Positions 22,326-29,375 of a stretch of 29,375 nt of DNA are shown in pieces. The notes beneath the pieces were generated by a model. The model was not told the origin of the DNA and searched no databases. It saw nothing but the letters and a program-made list of their open reading frames with translations. Numbering within the stretch: position 1 is the stretch's first letter; each line of letters begins with the position of its first letter. The position numbers and the translations under genes were made by a program. The stretch lies in contig NW_021832953.1 in assembly GCF_006345805.1 (NCBI RefSeq), forward strand, positions 1-29,375. Reading direction: 5' to 3'. Source of the DNA: Octopus sinensis. Lineage: Eukaryota.

Positions 22326-22583
22326 TACTCTCTTTTCTTCTCAGAATTTGGGAGCAGAAATTTTCCTTGTAATCTTCACCCACATCGACATTCAGTCCCA
22401 GGGCACCCATGGAGACTTCCGCTTTCTACCATACACATATGTGATCATTCTTTGTCTAAAGAAAACAAGGCCTGGAATTCTAGTAGAGGCAACTAATTGA
22501 CTCCAACGACCCTGCGTGTGAACGATTCTGTCACCTCATCGGCTTATACACACACACACACATACTATAACAGATCTATCTAC

Positions 22584-22616
<33 letters not shown>

Positions 22617-22644
22617 TCTCTCTCTCTCTCTAATTCACTTTTTA

Positions 22645-22849
22645 CTATTAGCACAAGGCCTGCAATTACTGTGGGCAACTAATCAATTACTTCATCCTTA
22701 GTATTTGACTGGTACTTAATTTATTGACCCTGGAACGATGAAATGGATAAATCGACCGAGGCAGAACTTGAACTCACAACATGAAGCTATACAAAATGCG
22801 ATTAAGCATTTCCTCCAGCATGGCAACGATTCTACCAATTTCCCCACTG

Positions 22850-22850
<1 letters not shown>
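22645..22850 (-). mobile_element. SINE family 2, older copy
   Basis: agcacaaggcctgcaa...ggtacttaatttattgaccctggaacgatgaaa...ttgaactcacaac, homologous to 20665-20880. Confidence 0.65.
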
Positions 22851-22886
<36 letters not shown>

Positions 22887-23317
22887 ATAGCAACAATAAT
22901 ATATATCAATATAGTTGTACTAATACATCTCCTTCTAGAAATAGCAGTCAAATCTCCTGAAATCACACATCATACTGTGTAATATCTGAGGGGATTATCT
23001 GCAATGAAAGTAGGCTCGTTGGAATTACCAATTAATTACAGCGTACTCTCTTATGTGTGTCTGATGAGGCCATGCAGGACCCGTATCTGGTGACTAGACC
23101 ACTTTCGGTAAATGTCGATTTAACCCGTCCCCTTAAAATTTCTGGCGTGGATGAGGAACTATAATTCTTTTTGAGGTCTGGGAGTCACTTCTTGTATATC
23201 TGTGAATATAGTTGTATCGATATTTTCTCTTGCAGAAATAGCAGTCAAATCCCTTTAAATCACACATTATACTGTGTAATGCCTGAAGGAAATATTTGCA
23301 TTGTGACTCAGTTTGTT

Positions 23318-23348
<31 letters not shown>

Positions 23349-23660
23349 ATGAGCGAGTGAAAAAGAAGGAGCTATATGGAGGGATCGATGGAATAAATAC
23401 AAGGCTTAACACAAAGATGTACTGGGTTCAATTCTTCGACTAGAAATTCTTCAAGGTGTTGCTCCAGCATGGCCACAGTCTAATGTCTGAAACACGTTAA
23501 AGATAAAAGATACACACAGACACAGGCATACTTTTATGCATTTGTTTTGCCGGATTCTTCATGTGAAGTTGCGTGTTGAAAGAGACATTGTTGTATTTCA
23601 TGATGGTCATGTCCTTTCTTTCATTACATAATAAATAGAGAGAGAGAGAGAGAGACAGAC

Positions 23661-23692
<32 letters not shown>

Positions 23693-23777
23693 CCGTTATA
23701 GTGTGTGTGTGTGTAGTTTGTAAAATCTCACAAAGTAAAGTGAGTCAGCACATCAAAGTGGCTGCTGAAGGTTACTA

Positions 23778-24240
23778 CTAGTTTAACCCCAGGCAGATTC
23801 TCCACTAGCGGGTTATCGCTGCTACACTGCACCCTTTATATACAATATCTTGTTAGCAGTGGTGGGGAGGGGGGGTCGTACCTCAGTAAACTTTCAGATT
23901 AACACCCGCACGATTTTCGCCAAGAAAGAAAAAAACTCGAATTTTTTTTGCATGGAATGAAGTACCCTGACCTCCAAATATGCTGGAAATCACTTATTAT
24001 GGTTCAGAAGAAAAGGGTGCCACGACGGGGACGCACTCCCACCCCATTCCCAAATCATTGGAAATTATTATTTTTGGTTTTTGTCGGATGAATTCCTGTG
24101 ACTTATTATGCTACAAAACCCTTTTTGGGGTCTGCAAAACGGGGTGAGTTGAGGCGGAAGCCTTGGAAATTGTACCCACTCCCAACATTTTACAGAAATA
24201 AATTTTCCAGAGAGTGAATTACATGGTTCGTTATTAAATA
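23778..24240 (-). mobile_element. Possible non-autonomous Helitron-like element
   Basis: Minus-strand end ...cctggggttaaaCTAG|t with a GC-rich subterminal segment. 5' end lies in a TA tract. Hairpin is imperfect. Confidence 0.35.
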
Positions 24241-24256
24241 TATATATATATATACA

Positions 24257-24950
24257 TCTCTTTTATAAAATCCTTTCTGTCTGTCTGCGTGTCTTCTAGG
24301 ATCTCAGGCATCCTCCATCCGATTGCACTCAAATTTGATATGTAGATACCAATGGTATCAGGGCATGTATAAGTCTTTAAAAATTACAAAAATCGATTCC
24401 AGGTGAGAATGTGATCGATAAATCCGTGGGAACGTGCATTTGTACATGCAAGTACATTAGCTGTTGCGATCGATACTACGCATACGCGAGAAAATTGCAC
24501 GTGCAGTTTGCGCAATAAAGCCGGCTGGCTTGAAATAATGCCACAAAATGCAGTATATTTAAGAGACCAAAAAAGTAAGATGCAAAAGAGATATTTTCTC
24601 CAAACTTGGCATGAAGGAAGGAAAAACTATTTTGTTTCTGAAGAAGTCTTTTCTTTTTTTTCTTTGCCTTAATTTCGTTTAACAAAACCAAAAATTTTAT
24701 TGAAATAAAGGCATGCTTAATTATTTTTTAATGAAAAGAAAACACAAATTGCTTTTTATTCAAGGAAGAAAATATAATTTTCTTGTTAATAAATGATTTT
24801 CCATGTTTGTGTTCTCCCAGTCTACAGACTTATCATTTCTGGTACTTTAAACTCTTCGGTTGCATATTTGGGTGAATAAAATCGTTTTTCTTTGGAATAG
24901 AAAAAAAGTCTATCTTTATTTCTTCTTTTGCTGGTGTCTCAAATTTAGGT
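24257..24950 (+). mobile_element. Non-autonomous Helitron-like element, 3' end not found
   Basis: 5' a|TCTCTTTTATAAAATCCTTTCTGTCTGTCTGCGTG parallels the start at 10256, and ccgattgcactcaaatttgatatg parallels cctattctgatgaaacttgac. No CTAG or hairpin located, so the right boundary is approximate. Confidence 0.5.
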
Positions 24951-25074
24951 TAAATCAGTGCTTCTCAAAGGGGTGGCCTATGGGACTGTCAGACAAGTTG
25001 TTTTGAGACAATTTGGTTTAAATGTTTGACAACTCAGCACCATCCATTGGACAGGGAGTGGGGCATTTTGCTCG

Positions 25075-25324
25075 TATATACATGTGTGTGTGTGTGTATA
25101 AATATATATATATGTGTGTGTGTGTATATATATATATGTGTGTGTGTGTATACATATATATGTGTGTATGTGTGTGTGTGTGTGTATACATATATATGTG
25201 TGTATGTGTGTATATATATATGTGTGTGTGTGTGTATACATATATATATGTGTGTGTGTGTGTATATATATGTGTGTGTGTGTGTGTATGCCTGTGTATG
25301 TGTGTGTGTGTATACATATATATA

Positions 25325-25397
<73 letters not shown>

Positions 25398-25488
25398 TCA
25401 TATATATATATTCCTGCATATATATACATGTGTATATATATATGCATATATATCTATTCATACATATATATGCATATATATACATGTA

Positions 25489-25530
<42 letters not shown>
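25075..25530. repeat. Compound (TG)n/(TA)n microsatellite
   Basis: Direct inspection. Abuts the RTE 5' truncation point. Confidence 0.95.
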
Positions 25531-25533
<3 letters not shown>

Positions 25534-27537
25534 AAGGCCTGGAAGAACGGTGGTAGCAGGGAAGGGTATCAGACTGCCAGAAGGGAAGCTAGGAGACAGG
25601 TCTATCTAGCCAGAGGGGAAGCAGATAAGAGAAAATTTGCCAATGTCCTGCGCCGTGAGGATGAAAGACTTGAGGTATTTCGTGTTGCAAGACAGTGTGG
25701 GAGAGAGAATCGTGATGTGGTAGGAGAGAAATGTGTTCGCATGGAGGATGGTTCACTTGCGCTAAATGAGGATGCAAAGAGAGAGCTTGGAGACGCCACT
25801 ATGAAAGTTACTGAATGAGGAAAATGAATGGGATAAAGAGAGTCTGCCGAATGTTGACCCTACAGAGGGACCAGCTATCCGAGTTGATAGTTCCGTGGTA
25901 GCTAAGGCAATTAGAAGCATGAAGACAGGGAAAGCCCCAGGCCCATCAGGAATTACTGCAGAGATGCTCAAAATATCTGGCAGTGTCGGCTATAACCTAG
26001 TCACCCGTATAGTCAACCAGGTGATACACGAAGGAGTCATACCCAATGACTGGTGCAGCAGCATACTAGTCAACTGCTACAAAGGTAAAGGTGATGCCCT
26101 AGATACAATAATTACAGAGGTATCAAGCTGTTGGATCAGGTAATGAAGGTTACGGAGAGGGTCATAGCCCAACTAATTAGAGAGAGAGTTAGTTTAGATG
26201 AGATGCAGTTTGGGTTCGTGCCAGGAAAAAGTACCACTGATGCTATATTCCTGGTAAGGCAGCTGCAGGAGAAATACCTAGCCAAAGATAAGCCCCTGTA
26301 CCTGGCTTTCGTTGACATGGAGAAAGCTTTTGATAGGGTCCCCCGATCCCTTATCTGGTGGTCAATGAGGAAACTAGGGATAGATGAATGGCTGGTGAGG
26401 ACTGTGCAAGCCATGTACAGAGATGCCGTAAGTAAGGTTAGGGTTGGCAACATGTACACAGAAGAATTCAAAGTAGAGGTTGGGGTCCACCAGGGTTCAG
26501 TACTCAGCCCCCTCCTATTTATCATAGTACTCCAGGCAATTACGGAGGAATTCAAGACAGGCTGTCCCTGGGAGCTCCTCTACGCTGACGACCTTGCTCT
26601 TATTGCTGAGTCACTATCAGAACTGGAGGAGAAGTTCCAGGTGTGGAAGGAGGGTTTAGAATCAAGGGGCCTTAGAATCAACCTAGCTAAAACCAAAGTA
26701 CTAATAAGTAGAAAGGTAGACAATCCACAAATATCTTCAGGAAGATGGCCTGCTCGATCTGTAGAAAAGGTGTGTAGGTAGAAACTCTATAGATGTACCC
26801 AGTGTAAGCTATGGACACATAAGAGGTGCAGCAATGTCAAAGGTACGCTAACTGGGAAGATAGTTTTTGTATGTGGCAGATGCTCGGGAGCATTAACCTC
26901 CGAAAATCTGCAGAAAACAACTTCCGTCACTTTCCAGGGGGAAAAACTAGAAGTAGTTGATAGCTTCCGTTATCTAGGTGACCAAGTCAGTAGTGGGGGT
27001 GGGTGCGCTGAAAGTGTAACTGCTAGAATAAGAATAGCCTGGGCAAAGTTTAGGGAGCTCTTACCTCTGCTGGTGACTAAAGGCCTCTCGCTCAGAGTAA
27101 AAGGCAGACTGTATGATGCGTGTGTACGAACAGCCATGCTACATGGCAGCGAAACATGGGCTGTGACTTCTGAGGACATGCGTAAGCTCGTGAGGAATGA
27201 AGCCAGTATGCTCCGATGGATGTGTAATGTCAGTGTACATACTCGACAGAGCGTTAGCACCTTGAGAGAAATGTTGTACCTAAGAAGCATCAGTTGTGGT
27301 GTGCAAGAGAGACGATTGCGCTGGTATGGTCATGTGGCGAGAATGGATGAAGATAGGTGTGTGAGAAAGTGCCAATCCCTAGCAGTTGAGGGAACCCGTG
27401 GAAGAGGTAGACCCAGGAAAACCTGGGACGAGGTGGTGAAGCACGACCTTCGAACTTTAGGCCTCACTGAGGAAATGACCAGAGACCGAGACCTTTGGAA
27501 ATATTCTGTACGTGAGAAGACCAGGCAGGACAAGTGA
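25531..27537 (+). CDS. LINE ORF2 remnant: reverse transcriptase with internal PHD finger (frameshifted)
   Basis: [98 protein letters not shown]. About 6 small frameshifts. Confidence 0.92.
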
Positions 27538-27629
27538 GCCCAGCCCACTTATGAATGCCTTTCCTCCCTTGGACACAAAGACCGGTTGAGGCAAGCGAAG
27601 TCGATATAGAACCTCATCCGACGACAGAC

Positions 27630-28245
27630 ACCCATCCCAACCCCCCATGCTTGCGAAGACATGTTGGGGCAAGCGAAATCGAAATCGAAATTGAAACCGA
27701 ATTGAACCAGCCAGGATCCCTGGCCTGGTGGTACGTAAAAAGCACTATCCGACTCGGGGCCGTGGCACGTAAAATACTCCAATGCGACCGTACGACAGGC
27801 ACCCATGCCAACCCCCTTTGCTTGTGAAGACATGTTGGGGCAAGCGAAATCGAAATCGAAATCGAATTGAACCAGCCAGGATCCCTGGTCTGGTGGTACG
27901 TAAAAAGCACTATCCGACTCGTGGCCGTGGCACGTAAAATACTCCAATGCGACCGTACGACAGGCACCCTTGCCAACCCCCTTTGCTTGTGAAGACATGT
28001 TGGGGCAGCGAAATCGAAATCGAATTGAACCAGCCAGGATCCCTGGTCTGGTGGTACGTAAAAAGCACTATCCGACTCGTGGCCGTGGCACGTAAAATAC
28101 TCCAATGCGACCGTACGACAGGCACCCTTGCCAACCCCCTTTGCTTGTGAAGACATGTTGGGGCAAGCGAAATCGAAATCGAATTGAACCAGCCAGGATC
28201 CCTGGTCTGGTGGTACGTAAAAAGCACTATCCGACTCGTGGCCGA
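27630..28245 (+). repeat. Tandem array of ~3.7 units (171/165/158 bp spacing) in the RTE 3' UTR
   Basis: Anchor gaagacatgttgggg at 27655, 27826, 27991 and 28149. Confidence 0.95.
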
Positions 28246-28651
28246 TGCCAGCACCGCCTTGACTGGCTTCCGTGCGGTGGCACATAAAATACACCAATCT
28301 GACCGTGGCCGTTGCCAGCCCCGCCTGGCACCTGTGCAGGTGGCACGTAAAAAGCACCCACTACACTCACGGAGTGGTTGGCGTTAGGAAGGGCATCCAG
28401 CTGTAGAAACATTGCCAAATTAGACTGGAGCCTGGTGCAGCCTTCTGGCTTCCCAGAACCCCGGTCGAACCGTCCAACCCATGCTAGCATGGAGAACGGA
28501 CGTTAAACGACGATGATGATGATGATGATGATATTCATACGTATGCTCACACACACATATATATATTCATAAATATATGTATGTATATATATATATATGT
28601 ATGTATGTATATATTCATACATTTACTCACACACACACACACCCACACACA

Positions 28652-29375
28652 TATCATCATCATCATCATCATCATCATTTAGCATTCGCTTTCCATGCTA
28701 GCATGTGTTGGATGGTTCAACTGGGGTCTGGGAAGCCAGAAGGCTGCACCAGGCCCAGTCTGATCTGGCAGTGTTTCTATGGCTGGATGCCCTTCCTAAC
28801 GCCAACCACTCCGTGAGTATAGTGGGTGCTTTTTATGTGCCACCCGCACAGGTGCCAGACGGAGCTGGCAAACGTCCACGGATGGATGGTGCTTTTTACG
28901 TGCCACCGGCACGGGGGCCAGGTGAGGCTGGCAACGGCCACGAACGGATGGTGCTTTTTACGTGCCACCAGCATGGAGGCCAGTCGGGGTGGCGCTGGCA
29001 ACGGCCACGATCGGATGGTTCGCTTACTTGTCACCGGCACTGGTATCACAGCTGCAATTTCCATTGATGTTGATCGACTTTGATTTTGGTTCTGCTTTCT
29101 GATATCTGATTTGATTTGGTTTGATTTTGAATTTGATTTTTTGATTTTTTGATTTTTGATTTTCAATTGCCTCAACGGGTCTTCACAAGTGGAGTTCTGT
29201 GTCCCAAGAAGGAAAGGTATGTATAAGTCGACTGGCTACATACCAGGTAGAGGCCACGGGTTATGGTCTCACTAGTCTTGCTGGGTCTTCTCATGCACAG
29301 CATACTTCCATAGGTCTATGTCTCTAGTCATTTCCTTGGTGAGACCTAAAGTGCTTCACCACCTCATCCCAGGTT
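28652..29375 (-). mobile_element. Second RTE LINE 3' end (related subfamily), running off the window
   Basis: Minus strand encodes a degenerate ORF2 end (TWDEVVKH...KEMTRDIDLWKYAVHEKTQQD*), then a single cttgtgaagacccgttgaggcaa, (CAAAAT)n, subrepeats and a (GAT)n tail. Confidence 0.9.

Larger units (their letters stand above)
25531..28533 (+). mobile_element. RTE-clade non-LTR retrotransposon (LINE), 5'-truncated, with ~1-kb 3' UTR and (GAT)n tail
   Basis: RT ORF remnants, long 3' UTR and terminus catgctagcatggagaacggacgttaaacgacgatgatgat. No APE endonuclease region. Confidence 0.92.

Noticed and set aside
22340-22500. Unique 160-bp stretch with acceptor-like sites on both strands
   Set aside because: No convincing donor, no recognisable peptide and no link to other exons.
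23055-23120. Hammerhead ribozyme core (CTGATGA at 23061 followed by a ggcc..gg.cc stem)
   Set aside because: No GAAA follows stem II and there is no pairing for stems I and III. At most a decayed repeat remnant.
9062-25818. Numerous ORFs rich in YI/HT/CV/ER/LS dipeptides
   Set aside because: These are translations of (TA)n, (TG)n, (CA)n and (CT)n microsatellites or SINE interiors, with no protein signal.
27630-28245. CRISPR-like array
   Set aside because: Whole units are repeated with no unique spacers. There are no cas genes and the context is a eukaryotic LINE 3' UTR.
27549-29175. ORFs of 60-247 aa in the RTE 3' UTRs
   Set aside because: They arise from GC-rich tandem units lacking stops. 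Frames differ between homologous copies.

Overview
Eukaryotic, AT-rich, microsatellite- and transposon-dense DNA. The repeat families and landscape resemble an Octopus-like cephalopod genome (inference from recall, not a database match). The left part holds one large minus-strand gene. Its ~5.5-kb terminal exon (6157->645) appears in the ORF track as 6 or more separate ORFs but reads as one ~1,840-aa frame once about a dozen 1-nt deletions, mostly in homopolymer runs, are corrected. It encodes a helical/charged linker followed by six tandem divergent NHL/TRIM-type beta-propeller units. Candidate upstream exons (12895-12772, 12462-~12275, 7044-6847) have compatible phase-1 splice sites and encode XRCC1-N/galactose-binding-like jelly-roll motifs. 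The middle is SINEs, non-autonomous Helitrons, MITEs, microsatellites and an old triplicated ~0.85-kb module. The right end has a young 5'-truncated RTE-clade LINE with a PHD finger inserted inside the RT domain and a 4x amplified ~165-bp 3'-UTR unit, lying tail-to-tail with a second RTE 3' end. There are no prokaryotic features, no CRISPR array and no rRNA.
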